Virus record (IMG/VR): IMGVR_UViG_3300021256_000096
Length of the DNA: 64,000 nt
Source of the DNA: an uncultured virus (IMG/VR IMGVR_UViG_3300021256_000096)
Taxonomy: Duplodnaviria > Heunggongvirae > Uroviricota > Caudoviricetes
Direction: 5' to 3' (one strand)
Below are positions 1-10,904 of this stretch, piece after piece. Position 1 is the stretch's first letter, and every line of letters starts with the position of its first letter. The notes under the pieces were generated by a model. The model did not search any database. It had not been told where the DNA came from and saw nothing but the letters and a program-made list of their open reading frames with translations. Position numbers and translations under genes: made by a program.

Positions 1-121
1 CTCTTCCGATCTGCAAGTACTGTAACTCAATTATGAGGGACGAAAGAGCAACATTTCTACGTCTTGCTAACAGTTATCAAAATCTGTACGACTATATGGA
101 CTCAAATCATATAGAAGCTGT

Positions 122-283
122 ATGAAGTATCGTATTGAACGTGTCAAATATCCGGACGGTTCTAAGTCACCCTGGTGGAGAATCGCTATCTACAAGAATG
201 GAATGCGCTGGGCCGAATCGTCTCAATACTCATCATTCTTCTACACGCTCAAACTCTGGATCAAAGCGACGCTACTCTACTAA
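122..283 (+). CDS. hypothetical protein (53 aa)
   Basis: ATG..TAA read by eye (MKYRIERVKYPDG...), overlapping the TGA of an upstream partial ORF. Confidence 0.55.
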   Translation: MKYRIERVKYPDGSKSPWWRIAIYKNGMRWAESSQYSSFFYTLKLWIKATLLY

Positions 284-294
284 ATATCTCTAAT

Positions 295-365
295 TTACAA
301 ACCGTCAGTTAGAACTTATATAAGAGCACACACTCACAATACAGTTCTAACTGACAGTTTTGTAA
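295..365. terminator. long inverted repeat between convergent genes (probable bidirectional terminator)
   Basis: ttacaaaccgtcagttagaact ... agttctaactgacagttttgtaa. Confidence 0.6.
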
Positions 366-390
366 TTATACTTCAGACGTTCATTCAGTT

Positions 391-555
391 TCACTTCAAT
401 TTTGTGAACACGACTCGTCCCTCGTTCATAGCACGTTTCAACTCATCAGTGTCATCAACCATGACAACACCATCAGCCGGACGTCCAAACTTTCCCATAA
501 TCTCTGAAAGTGTGAACGTCAGAACAGCACCCAAGATTCTCTTAAACTTTCTCAT
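391..555 (-). CDS. hypothetical protein
   Basis: ORF track; ATG at 555 (MRKFKR) overlaps the end of the upstream gene. Confidence 0.55.
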   Translation of the reverse strand: MRKFKRILGAVLTFTLSEIMGKFGRPADGVVMVDDTDELKRAMNEGRVVFTKLK

Positions 556-1069
556 CGTCTTTATTCTTCTCTTCGTAGTGCATATAATAAAACACTTTTC
601 CAGCAGCACTCTCAAGTTCCCACAACTTGTCTCTCATCTCATCCCCGCAACTGTACTCAACCAACATCTTTCCATCATGCGTACTCTCCCAGAGTTCTAT
701 GTGTCCCGTCTCGCCATTCCCTTTGATGCACATTCTCTTCTCAGCGTCCTTGAATTCGTCCTTACTGCTCACATAGCAGTACACACCGTAGTTCAGCAGC
801 CAGAATAAATCGTCATAACTTCCAATCTGCACACCCACTAACTCCCACTTCTCATTAGACTCTTCGGCAAGTTTCCTACACATCTTCTCACACGTCTCTA
901 TGAAAATCGGATATGTAGGATCCGAATTGTAGCACGAGATATTCTTCTTACCTAGCAACTGACAAGCGACACTCATATTACCGCGGTACGACGCAAAGAA
1001 GTACTGATTTGCTCTCCACAACTTCCAGCAAATCTTCAGTTTCTCCTTGAAAATCTCAAACTTTGTCAT
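542..1069 (-). CDS. hypothetical protein
   Basis: 175-aa ORF in a minus-strand operon. Confidence 0.75.
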   Translation of the reverse strand: MTKFEIFKEKLKICWKLWRANQYFFASYRGNMSVACQLLGKKNISCYNSDPTYPIFIETCEKMCRKLAEESNEKWELVGVQIGSYDDLFWLLNYGVYCYVSSKDEFKDAEKRMCIKGNGETGHIELWESTHDGKMLVEYSCGDEMRDKLWELESAAGKVFYYMHYEEKNKDDEKV

Positions 1070-1089
1070 ATTTCAAATTCATTATCATT

Positions 1090-1611
1090 TCATTTTTCAT
1101 CCAGAATCCCGTACGTCACGACGACCCTATCATCATAGTAGCAGACGTAAGCCTTCTTAAACTCATCATAAGAGAACCCGTTCTTGAGGAACTTCGGAAC
1201 GACAGCATCTACGTCCACATGATTCTTGTCGAAACGAATAATCTCGAACAAGATGTCCGGATGATATTCAGTTCCGTACTTAACCCCGCTTTCCCTGTCC
1301 ATATACGACACTTTCAGTCTGTACTCAGACGTGAATCGTACGTAAATGTCTTCTGAGATGTCCTTGATTCCCTTATCCGTACAATAGAGATGAGTCGCCA
1401 ACTTGATGACCTTTCCGCTGACTATTCCTTTTCTAAGGTCGTATTCACCATCTGGCATCTTGCTCTTCGCCTTCTCAAGAACGGCATAAATGACGTCGTC
1501 CTCACTCAGTCCGCGACCGTACTCGTCGTCTTCTAGGAACTTCCCGTCCCAAGGGAACTCAGACAACACAATGTCCTTCACTCCTTCGTAGAATCTTTCT
1601 TTGATGTCCAT
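1090..1611 (-). CDS. hypothetical protein
   Basis: 173-aa ORF with AT-rich leader. Confidence 0.75.
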   Translation of the reverse strand: MDIKERFYEGVKDIVLSEFPWDGKFLEDDEYGRGLSEDDVIYAVLEKAKSKMPDGEYDLRKGIVSGKVIKLATHLYCTDKGIKDISEDIYVRFTSEYRLKVSYMDRESGVKYGTEYHPDILFEIIRFDKNHVDVDAVVPKFLKNGFSYDEFKKAYVCYYDDRVVVTYGILDEK

Positions 1612-1712
1612 ATAATATCAATTACATATATCGTTTATATATTGTACAGAAGAATATAAGATTTGTATTTGTGTAGAGACAGTTAATCAATTTTCTATTT
1701 AACAAAAAATAA

Positions 1713-1744
1713 TTCAGGACATCTGTAATAGACGTCCTGAATTC
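1713..1744 (-). terminator. hairpin terminator downstream of the R-M gene
   Basis: ttcaggacatct-gtaat-agacgtcctgaa followed by a T-rich tract on the minus strand; a homologous copy lies near 20986-21012. Confidence 0.6.
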
Positions 1745-1778
1745 ATTTTACAATAATTAAATCTATCAGGAAATGTAT

Positions 1779-4469
1779 TTATTTCTTCAGGAATCCTAAC
1801 TCATATACCATAGGTCTCATCTTATTAGAGAGATTGTTGAACAGATCTCTGAACTAATCGAACTCATCTTTCATATAGAGATTCCAAAGTCCTTTCTGCT
1901 GATAGTATCCGCAGTCCCAGTTGTTGATCTGGTATTCCGGGCGTTCGATATTGTAGTCGTTCCTATACTTAAACGTCTCTCTGACGAGATTGTTCGCAGC
2001 ATCGAGAACTGCTTGTGCTTCTGGAGAAAGTGTTATGTTCTGAAGATATTCATAGACGAAGCGCTCTTTTGAGTTCACTGCATCTTCGTAGCATTCTTCA
2101 TTGTCGTTTTCATCGGCTAGATTCATAATCTCCTCACGAGACATCCAGAAGAATTCGTTCTTGATTTCCCAAGTTTTGTCTTTATATTCAACGTTACGAA
2201 GAGACGATTGGTTAGACTTAGACTCAAATAAAGAGTATATAACAGAATCGTTGACGAATTCTTCGTAATTTGGATTAGACTCATCTGGTGCGAGATATTC
2301 GTCTGTCCAGTTAGCCCAGTTTGCTTGGATAAGACGACGAGCAGAAAACAATGAAACCATTTTTTTGAAATTTTCTGGTAAAATCGAATTTGAAATAGAT
2401 GCTGAACCTTGTGTCTATATTGCAGATGCAATAGAAACTCCCTAAGTATTTAAATTAATATTATTTGAAAGAAAATATGCCGTCCCCAAACTTCCTTTAT
2501 ATATTGTTTGATTATCTTTTGGAGAAATTTTAATACCGCTAGACAAATGTGGAAATATTATTTTATCTTTTTTATCTTTTTTCTTTAATTCTTCTCTTAC
2601 CCATTCACTAGCAGGATAACAATTATCTGTATTATATAAACACTTTTTTTCTTTAATGTCAATTTCTCCAGTATAACTATTTTTGTTTACATCACAAATA
2701 TCTATTTCAAAGTTTTCTTTATCTTGAGATTTACCACTTTTCCATATTGTAAAACCAATACCCCAATTATCAGCAACATCAGCAAAATGACTTGCTTGAA
2801 ATTGAAATCCATTTATATATTCAAAATCATTTAAAAAATAATTTCTAAATTTATCATATGCCGGTCCTGTCATAAATAAAGTTGGACAGAATATACTTAT
2901 TACAAGATTATTTAGATGATATTGTTGTTTTAGTTTTTCTATTCTATATAAAAATTGAGCATATAGGTTTTGTGAACCTCTGCCAAATCCATCATTTTTC
3001 ATTTCTTCATATGTTTTTGAAAAACTTACTTCACTTTTACTAGCATTTCCGACGCCACCAGCAGCTGTCGCATACGGAGGATTAATCAGGAACAGAATCT
3101 TCTTGTTCTGCTTGAACGCCTCAAGAAGTCCTTCTGGAAGTTTAGAATCTCCACTAACCAATTCACCAGGCATCGGAATATAGTCATTCAGAAAGTCGAA
3201 CTGGAAATGAACAGCCTCCTTGTTGAACTTCATACCCATCTGTAATTCACTGTCAAACAAGGTTGAGATGTACAATTCCTTAAACTTGTAGTCACGAGTC
3301 AGATTACATGTTCCTGCACAATTATCCCACACAACGAATTCATCTCGCCAGTTCTCACCCAACGTCTCATCAAGCCTCTGGTGTGCGTAGTCAACCCACT
3401 TGGTCGGCGTCCAGAAGTCACCGCTCTTTCTCCTATCCGTGTCTTCCATCAGACGGTCAGCGATTCCGGCGAACACACGCTTCTCTGCCGGCGAGTAGTC
3501 CTCATTGAAATAGGAGAAGAACGACTCAAGAGCATCAGGCTTGACAAGGAACTCCTTGTTCATCTGCTGAGCGACAATCACGTTCTTCTTGCGAGGATGC
3601 AGATAGAAGTTGTTCTTGTCTGTCAGGACGCCGATGAACAGAGCAACAGAATCCTTCGTATTCAATTTATTTCCGTTTATGAGCACACGCTCGCAGAAGT
3701 ACTCGTAAATCGACTGGATATTGTGCTCAGTAATATGGATATGGCGCTGCACGTTCTCAGCCAGATCCTCAATCTTGGTGATGACGTCCTTTAAATTGAA
3801 GTTCTCGTCGATGACGAACACGAACGGATTGATTTCAGAATCGGACGCAATCTTAGCCATCAGCGAACTGTTTGTGAACTTCGCACCGCTCGGAGCAGAC
3901 GACCAGTCGCCAGCTTCATCGAGGTACTTGTTGAGAGGATCCGTATGCATCACGAAGCACTCGTCCTTGTCACCGACGAAACAGATGTTCGGAAGCGGCT
4001 GACCGGCATTTTCGAACCTCTTCAGATAATATACTACCTGGACGAGAACACTAGCAATTTCGGTCTTCCTTTTGAAGTCCAGATTATACTTGTACTCGAA
4101 GATGATTTTCAGCTTCTTCGCAGAAGCCGTCTCCGTATTGATGAGACCGTCACACTTGAACGGATGCGTAATCTGCGTCTTGAACGCTTTCTGGAGGTAC
4201 TTGTCGTATACATAGTCGACTTCCCGCTCTTCCCGACAAGCCTGCATCTCCTCATAGAACTTATTGCGACGAGAACCGCCGCCTCCACCGAAATATCTCA
4301 TACCATCTGGATCGAACGGAGACATAAGGCGCTGTTTTCTGTCGAAGAACAGGTCGTCTTCATTGATTTGATAGTCCTCATCAAGACTGTCTATTTCCTA
4401 TTTCACGACCTTGGCGACTTCATTCATAATCTCCGTATAAAGATTTCTCTTCCTATCTTGTGAATTCAT
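1779..4469 (-). CDS. Type IIG-like restriction endonuclease / N6-adenine methyltransferase fusion (896 aa) with N-terminal LYxxIMxEVAKVVK leader
   Basis: One frame when TAG=Gln (TAGs at 4398, 2442, 2415, 1854). PD-(D/E)xK-like CDGLI..IFEYK and QVVYY; MTase motifs DFWTP, VVWDNCAGT, INPPY. Joins ORFs 2442..4325 and 1854..2360. Confidence 0.85.
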
Positions 4470-4496
4470 CGATAAACTTCAATATAAACATTTATG

Positions 4497-4504
4497 TATT
4501 TATC
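4497..4504 (-). promoter_or_regulatory. late promoter GATAAATA (T4 TATAAATA-like)
   Basis: 28 nt upstream of ATG 4469; the same octamer precedes about 13 other genes. Confidence 0.65.
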
Positions 4505-4657
4505 TTTTACAGTTATAGTCTAAGATAGAGGTACACATCTCGATTATAGACACTTATTATTCTTTCTTTATATAGACGTTTATGCGGTTTTTGAGTACAA
4601 TCTAAAGACATAACGAAATGAATAAAAATAATAGTTTAGAGCATATAAATTAAATTT

Positions 4658-5104
4658 ATGGAAGACTTTAACAATAAAAGTTACGAAAAGAGAATTGAAG
4701 ATATTAAGAATAATCTTTATATAGGTGGAGGTACTGATCAAGCGGGTACTATACTTAATGTAATGATGAGTTCTTTTAGTAATAAAGAATTTACAGGAGC
4801 ATCAGACATATCTATTGATTTAGTTCTTTCAAATATTTCTCATGAAATTAAACAACTTAAAAGAATTGTTAGAGATGGTGGTATAGTACCTATTAAAATG
4901 TTTGAAAATCATTTCAAAGGAATGATACGACCACATGATTGTTATGCATGTCTTAATAAAGATTTGAAATTTTGTGTTAGACATTATGGGGAAGAAGATT
5001 GGAAAGATATTCTTTATGTATTACCATATATGAATTGTTTAACAGCTTATGATGTTAGTTTTAAATATGATAACATTCATTGCAGCGATATGAGCAACAT
5101 TTGA
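4658..5104 (+). CDS. hypothetical protein (AT-rich)
   Basis: 148-aa ORF with AT-rich codon usage. Confidence 0.7.
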   Translation: MEDFNNKSYEKRIEDIKNNLYIGGGTDQAGTILNVMMSSFSNKEFTGASDISIDLVLSNISHEIKQLKRIVRDGGIVPIKMFENHFKGMIRPHDCYACLNKDLKFCVRHYGEEDWKDILYVLPYMNCLTAYDVSFKYDNIHCSDMSNI

Positions 5105-5131
5105 TTTGAATAAATTTATAAATATTAAATT

Positions 5132-5452
5132 ATGAACACAAACAACCCACTATACTGTCTTCCGTCCAGATTCAAGGCAGAACTTACAGAGGATACTCAG
5201 AACATCTTCGAGACAATCAGAAACGCTTGGAACAAGAGAAGCGCTATTATACTCAAGTCCATACGTCACAAGAACCCGCTTGTCATACAATTCTCCGGAT
5301 TCTCAAAGACAGACGACAGACTTCTCTTCAAAGTCATAGACGGAACGCAACCGTTGTCCTTCTACTTCAAGAACAATTACAGTCTAGACTTCTCTGTCAC
5401 ATACAACCAAGAAACAGAAGCACAAATCACTCTTAGCAATCCGACACTATAA
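5132..5452 (+). CDS. hypothetical protein
   Basis: 106-aa ORF followed by a gggacg..cgtccc hairpin. Confidence 0.7.
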   Translation: MNTNNPLYCLPSRFKAELTEDTQNIFETIRNAWNKRSAIILKSIRHKNPLVIQFSGFSKTDDRLLFKVIDGTQPLSFYFKNNYSLDFSVTYNQETEAQITLSNPTL

Positions 5453-5487
5453 AGGGACGCTGAACTCCCAACGTCCCTCACAAATTA

Positions 5488-6378
5488 TCAGTATCTCATT
5501 GAGAAATAATTGTGAATGTTCTTTCCGTCCATCTCGTTTATCTTCTCCATACACATATCGAATCTTTTCTGGGTCAGTTTCGCTTTGTACGTCGCCCTAT
5601 GCTCAACGTGCCACCCGACACACTCACTCTCGCTCAGCGTTATCCCGTTTTGTCTGAACAGTATGAACGGAATCCTCGACATCAGGTTCATCGTCCCGCT
5701 CATCCACTCGCCTCTTGGGTCGTATTTCGGATTGAACTTCATAAAGAAACCGTCCGAAGGTGCATAGTCAGTCTCGACTAATCCAAAAGACACACACTGC
5801 TCCGGATACTCCCGAATCACCCTCTTGAACTCGTCCACGTACTCTTCTTCAGTCGCATAGCGCTCCATCCTCTTAATCTTCTCCCACTTCGGATGCTCAT
5901 TGTCGCTGACGTAATAACTCCAGTATATATTGTGGACTTCCGGATACATCTTCTTCAAGACTTCAATTGAACGCTCGAAGTTGTCATAACAAGAATCGTC
6001 AAGTATCAAAGCGCCCCGGTTAATCCCAAACTTGTCTGCAAGAATGTACATACACACTGCTTCGTTAATCTTATGATCTTCCCGCAAGTATGAGTCCCTA
6101 TACAACTTAAATATGTACTGCTTCTCCCTATACACTCTCTCAACTTCATCGAACGGAATCCCGTACTCTTCAGCAATCAGGTAGACGTCCCTCTGGATTT
6201 TCTTCACTCTCTCCCACTTCTTGAACTCAGGAAGCACCAGCATACGCGGACGCCACTCAGGAGACAAGTTCACATTGTTCGCCGTCACTTTCTCACACAA
6301 AGCGTCGAGAATCTGTCTCGTGTACTCAGGACCCAGACTCTCGCTCTTCAATTTCTGTAACCTTCTTGCTTTACCCAT
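5488..6378 (-). CDS. hypothetical protein
   Basis: About 296-aa ORF; start uncertain (ATG 6378 or TTG 6396). Confidence 0.75.
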   Translation of the reverse strand: MGKARRLQKLKSESLGPEYTRQILDALCEKVTANNVNLSPEWRPRMLVLPEFKKWERVKKIQRDVYLIAEEYGIPFDEVERVYREKQYIFKLYRDSYLREDHKINEAVCMYILADKFGINRGALILDDSCYDNFERSIEVLKKMYPEVHNIYWSYYVSDNEHPKWEKIKRMERYATEEEYVDEFKRVIREYPEQCVSFGLVETDYAPSDGFFMKFNPKYDPRGEWMSGTMNLMSRIPFILFRQNGITLSESECVGWHVEHRATYKAKLTQKRFDMCMEKINEMDGKNIHNYFSMRY

Positions 6379-6410
6379 AATCTTACTTAGTTTCAACGTC
6401 CCTCATCTTC

Positions 6411-6737
6411 TCATATCGCCGTCGGCATCCACTTAGGATCGATAGACTCCGCAACTCTCATCTCCCGACAATACCTCTCAGTCTCGACGCCCTCATTATA
6501 TCCACACTCAAACGCTTCACTTATATCAGCACATACTTTCTTGTAATGCTTCCAGGCATCAAGCAGTGCATCACGCTTCTGAGCATTCTCACTCTCTTCG
6601 GACTTACGCCCGCTCTCTGCCCCGATTCCACAGTCATACCCGTATCTGTAGGCATCATAGATAGCATCATAGACCTTAGAGAAATTCTTCCACTTCTCCA
6701 ACAAGTCTTTCCATTTCCTTACATTATCCGTATTCAT
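6411..6737 (-). CDS. hypothetical protein
   Basis: 108-aa ORF with an internal repeat (W..F.KV.DAI.DAY..GY..G / W..Y.KV.ADI.EAF..GY..G). Confidence 0.7.
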   Translation of the reverse strand: MNTDNVRKWKDLLEKWKNFSKVYDAIYDAYRYGYDCGIGAESGRKSEESENAQKRDALLDAWKHYKKVCADISEAFECGYNEGVETERYCREMRVAESIDPKWMPTAI

Positions 6738-6991
6738 TTTGAATTATCGATTTTATAACCAAGGCCTTTCAGTTCATCAAACAAATCCATATAAGTATAA
6801 TGCTCATGCGTCACTTCCTTATTCGTTTCCGATGACACGCCGACCAACTTCGTATACGTCCTCCGTTCCTTTGGATAACATATCTCACCGTCAATGATAC
6901 GCTCTGTCGTATTGAACCATTCATAATGACGCTCCTCTATCGTTATCTCGTCATTATACCTGTACTTGATTACGTGAAACAGTTCTGCCAT
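6734..6991 (-). CDS. hypothetical protein
   Basis: 85-aa ORF with ATGA overlap to the next gene. Confidence 0.7.
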   Translation of the reverse strand: MAELFHVIKYRYNDEITIEERHYEWFNTTERIIDGEICYPKERRTYTKLVGVSSETNKEVTHEHYTYMDLFDELKGLGYKIDNSK

Positions 6992-7009
6992 AACTTTCTC
7001 TTTATTGAT

Positions 7010-7483
7010 TCAGATGTCCTACAGATCAATCCTCATATCAAGCGTCTTCGCCTTCAGAAGTTTCGAAGCAGCATCGTCGTACTGTCTCTTCGCAACGTCG
7101 AAGTCCCTCTGATAGTTCTCCTTTATCGAGTCCGTCAAGTCCTTTATACGCATCCTCACGTGCTCGTCACAGAGCCAGTCCTTGTCTATGGAAAGCAAAC
7201 GTCCCGACGGCAGTATCTTCAGTATCACATTATACGACCCGGTGTCCACGGAATCTATCTCGATGTCCGTCATCCCATCACATATGTCATACACGCTGAA
7301 GAACGTATCGAACAGTCGCTTGTTGTAACTGTCTACTTCAAGACCGCAAGACTTTATCTCACCCACCGTCCTGGACATCAAATCCAGACATACTCTGAAC
7401 ACACCCTTAAAGACTCTCTCCTTCTCATCAGATGGAGCGTCCACGTAATCGCTTATCAGTTTGTCTAAATCTCTTCTGTTCAT
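7010..7483 (-). CDS. hypothetical protein, paralog of 7648..8115
   Basis: MNRRDLDKLISDY vs MNRNELERLISDY; TAG at 7019 reads through to TGA 7010. Confidence 0.8.
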
Positions 7484-7647
7484 AATTCCAATAGTTTTGA
7501 TCTCATACCGCAAATGTACGAATAATAATCGGAATACACAAACATCCCTATAATAATTTAGGAATGATTAACATTATGCGACTATAGTCGCAAAACGTCT
7601 GCACTATAATTCAAATATCCGGATATAGAGATAAAGAATAAATCAAC

Positions 7648-8115
7648 TCAGGACATCACACGCCCGCTGTCAAGTTCATCCGCCCTCGACACTTTCTCAG
7701 AGCATTCATCGAAACGTTTCTTCGCAGACTCGAAGTCTTTACGGCACTTCTCCTTCACTGACTCAAAGAGACCGTCAATCTTTCCCTTGACGAACTCATC
7801 GCAAAGATAGTTCTTGTCTATTGTAAATAAACTATCATTAAGCGTCACGACAACATTCGACCGATTATCTTCTATTGAGTCCAAGACTAACTCGACGTCC
7901 GTTCTCCCATTGCACTTATTATAGACCATAAACAACGTATCATAACGACGTTCAATGTTCTTACCCACTTCAAGACTGCGGGATTTTATCTCACGTATAG
8001 CACCAGTCATCATATTCAGGCACTTCCTGAAGACGTCCTTCAACATCTTCTCCCTCTCTTCAGTCGGGACGACCATATAATCACTTATTAATCTTTCTAA
8101 TTCGTTTCTGTTCAT
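7648..8115 (-). CDS. hypothetical protein, paralog of 7010..7483
   Basis: Clear protein similarity along the whole length. Confidence 0.8.
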   Translation of the reverse strand: MNRNELERLISDYMVVPTEEREKMLKDVFRKCLNMMTGAIREIKSRSLEVGKNIERRYDTLFMVYNKCNGRTDVELVLDSIEDNRSNVVVTLNDSLFTIDKNYLCDEFVKGKIDGLFESVKEKCRKDFESAKKRFDECSEKVSRADELDSGRVMS

Positions 8116-8177
8116 AACTGTATATCTGTTTTAGTTTTATATTTGATACATCAGGCTCTGACGTCCTTAAGTCAGAC

Positions 8178-8272
8178 GTCCGCCGTCAAGTTTATCCGTT
8201 TTCGATACTTTCTCAGAACATTCATCGAAACGCTTCTCCGCAAGGTCGAAGTCCATCTGATAGTCATCTTTT
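8178..8272 (-). pseudogene. 3' remnant of a third copy of the 7010/7648 family
   Basis: gtcaagtttatccg..tactttctcagaacattcatcgaaacgcttc matches 7669-7723; gtcgaagtccatctgatagt matches 7097-7116; no 5' part. Confidence 0.65.
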
Positions 8273-8514
8273 ATCTTGCTTGCCTCAATTGTTTCGTTAT
8301 TCGAAAATTAAATTATATATTATCAAACCGATAAAAACCAAAAATATAATTACTACGATAATTGGCCAGAATATACTGAATATAATATCGATTATAAACG
8401 GATTTGTGGAATTTCTCCGCAAATATATCAAGAACCCGATTAGACCTATAGAATAAAGAAAGTATAACATAATTATATTTACTCTGTCATTTTAAATTTT
8501 ATATGTTGACTATA

Positions 8515-8988
8515 TCATTTTGTTTTATAATACCAATCTGCTAACTCAAACGCTTCGTTCTCATCAAATGCAGACCATTCTGCTAGATCGTCACTTACGA
8601 AAGCGTTCCAATTACGCTCATATTCGCAATCAATGAATGTCTCTCCCGTTGATAGGTTTTTAATTGTAGACTCAATAACAAACTCACTATCCCATCTATC
8701 GCCGCAATACTCATCTTCAATATCATACTTGTTATGAGCATCATATTTAGACTTAAACCAATCTTCCGGCTTGATTTCAACTTTTTCTATAACATAGTCA
8801 GGATTATTTTTATTATGATTCGGCTCATCGTCATCCAATACTAATAGATAGAACTTCTTATCAATTAGTTCATACTGTGGTGTAGAAATATCTTTAGTGA
8901 AATTGAAAAAAGTAGAGCCAATCTCAACTTTTTCAAACGATTCGATGTTATTTAATCTAATCGTTCTGCCTGTATTAAACACTTTCAT
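8515..8988 (-). CDS. hypothetical protein (AT-rich)
   Basis: 157-aa ORF. Confidence 0.7.
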   Translation of the reverse strand: MKVFNTGRTIRLNNIESFEKVEIGSTFFNFTKDISTPQYELIDKKFYLLVLDDDEPNHNKNNPDYVIEKVEIKPEDWFKSKYDAHNKYDIEDEYCGDRWDSEFVIESTIKNLSTGETFIDCEYERNWNAFVSDDLAEWSAFDENEAFELADWYYKTK

Positions 8989-9042
8989 AATTACACTGCA
9001 ACTATTTTGTAGCCAACAAATATATTTTCACCGAAATCTCTC

Positions 9043-9912
9043 TTATTCAATAAATCTCTGCCGGTTTCTGTAGTCTTGCTTTACACTCTCGTTCTGCTCT
9101 TCGTATTCTCCGACAGAACGCCACAACTCATCAGCAATCATCAACTTCTCATTGCTGTACCCGTAGTCGCCCGACTCAGGCTTCCAGTCATTGATCATAA
9201 CGAAATGCACGTAGATGTCATCGACACCCAATATTCGGTTGGATATACAGTAGTGATCATAGGATGTAGCATAATACCAACTGTCCGGATGCGCAGCCGT
9301 CAGTCTCCCGACATTCGTATTGTTGTCCAGGATGTTGCTCTCTATATGTTTCAGGACACCGTCCTCATAGTTCTTGGAAATGATACGCATTATCTCGTGA
9401 TCCTTCATCACATAAAGAGCGACGTCTTTCAGGGGATGAAACTCCAGTTCATAGTTCTTCACATACCCAAGCCTCTCCGGGAACAAACTCCTGATTTTCC
9501 GCATCTCTTCAGACACATCGAAAGATAGACCCTCAAGACCCTCGTTTTGATGTCCCTCATTGACAAACGGACTTCCGAACTCCAGGCACTCTTCCCTGGT
9601 CGGAAAACACCCGCATCCGTAGGAGAAGTACAGATAAGGCTTGTACTCCAGTCTCTCACTGTTGAAGTATTTAACTATAGGCTCTATACCCTCAGCCAAC
9701 ACTTTGTATATCACACGCACCTTCGAGTCCTCTAGTGATATGTGTCTCTTCTTGATGCTCCACGGCGCAATACACGCTTCCTCAACGTCCAGCAGTCTCC
9801 AGACGTCCGGCTCACCTATACCGTACACATACACTTTCTTCACACTAAGAGCATCAGCAACTTTCTTATTGCTCAGAATTGTATCTAGTATTATTTGCTT
9901 GTCTATTTTCAT
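9043..9912 (-). CDS. hypothetical protein
   Basis: 289-aa ORF. Confidence 0.8.
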   Translation of the reverse strand: MKIDKQIILDTILSNKKVADALSVKKVYVYGIGEPDVWRLLDVEEACIAPWSIKKRHISLEDSKVRVIYKVLAEGIEPIVKYFNSERLEYKPYLYFSYGCGCFPTREECLEFGSPFVNEGHQNEGLEGLSFDVSEEMRKIRSLFPERLGYVKNYELEFHPLKDVALYVMKDHEIMRIISKNYEDGVLKHIESNILDNNTNVGRLTAAHPDSWYYATSYDHYCISNRILGVDDIYVHFVMINDWKPESGDYGYSNEKLMIADELWRSVGEYEEQNESVKQDYRNRQRFIE

Positions 9913-10014
9913 ATCGTTCTAATATTATAATAATGTTATTGTAATTCAATCTTTATAGAAGACGTCCCAAGATGCTTTTCAGGATGTTTAGTTATTCCAT
10001 CTAATCTGCAACTT

Positions 10015-10602
10015 TCACCAGTATTGGTTGATATACCAGCGTGCAGCAGATTCTGCTTCAGCACGTGTATTCCACTTTTGGTTTCCGTCTTTATCTACAA
10101 TATCCAGTTTTCCGATTTTTGCATAATAATGGACTCCGCCTTCCCATACGATGAAGCGGACATCTTTCATCTCCGGTTTGTCCTCATCCGGAAATGTCAG
10201 GACATTGCGTTCGGTCGTAGTCAAAATGTCTACAAATCTTGTATCTATAGTTACTACTTGAATGCTATGGGACAAGTAGATTTCACGTCCGCTTCTGAAC
10301 ATCCGCAGTCTGTTCTGAAACGCTTCGTTTTCAATCCGCACCATTGATACCATTAGACTGTCATTGGTAGAATTCATCCATACTTCTACTGCTTGTTCGA
10401 AATCATTAGTAAAATGACCTTTCGTTCCGCTGAATATCTTCTTCGTCAATTTCCGCGACCCGTCACTGATGACTGATTTCACATACTTATTCCAATGCTC
10501 CATCAACTGCTCTTCCGTCTGTGGACAAAAGAGCCAGTATCCCTTTGCTTCTGTATTATCAGGCAGTGTCTTTGACTGCACTTTGATGAACTTGTAATTC
10601 AT
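10015..10602 (-). CDS. hypothetical protein
   Basis: 195-aa ORF. Confidence 0.75.
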   Translation of the reverse strand: MNYKFIKVQSKTLPDNTEAKGYWLFCPQTEEQLMEHWNKYVKSVISDGSRKLTKKIFSGTKGHFTNDFEQAVEVWMNSTNDSLMVSMVRIENEAFQNRLRMFRSGREIYLSHSIQVVTIDTRFVDILTTTERNVLTFPDEDKPEMKDVRFIVWEGGVHYYAKIGKLDIVDKDGNQKWNTRAEAESAARWYINQYW

Positions 10603-10621
10603 AATGATGTCTGTTTATAAG

Positions 10622-10828
10622 TTACTCATCAAAGAAATAGGAACTGTAGAACTAGGTATCGTTCTCGATTTCCTCCCGTATACGCCTCTCGTCCCAATTC
10701 AGGCTTGCGCAGAACTGCCGTGTCCGACGCTTCATCTTCTGTAGTATCGGTTCCTTATATCCCGGTGGGATTATCTGCATAACCCGTGCGAGTATTTCCT
10801 GATGTTGCTTGTTACGTAATTTGTGCAT
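10622..10828 (-). CDS. small protein, paralog of 60768..60959
   Basis: MHKLRNKQHQEIL..IPPGYKEP..(TAG at 10652)..SYFFDE vs MHKIRNTKHQAIL..IAPGCSEP..IYFCDD; missing from the ORF track. Confidence 0.75.
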
Positions 10829-10904
10829 AATTGTATTTCGTTATCAATTCAGATGAATCTTGTCATTCAAATCGCAGAGCTGCATATAAACTGTCAACAT
10901 TGTC

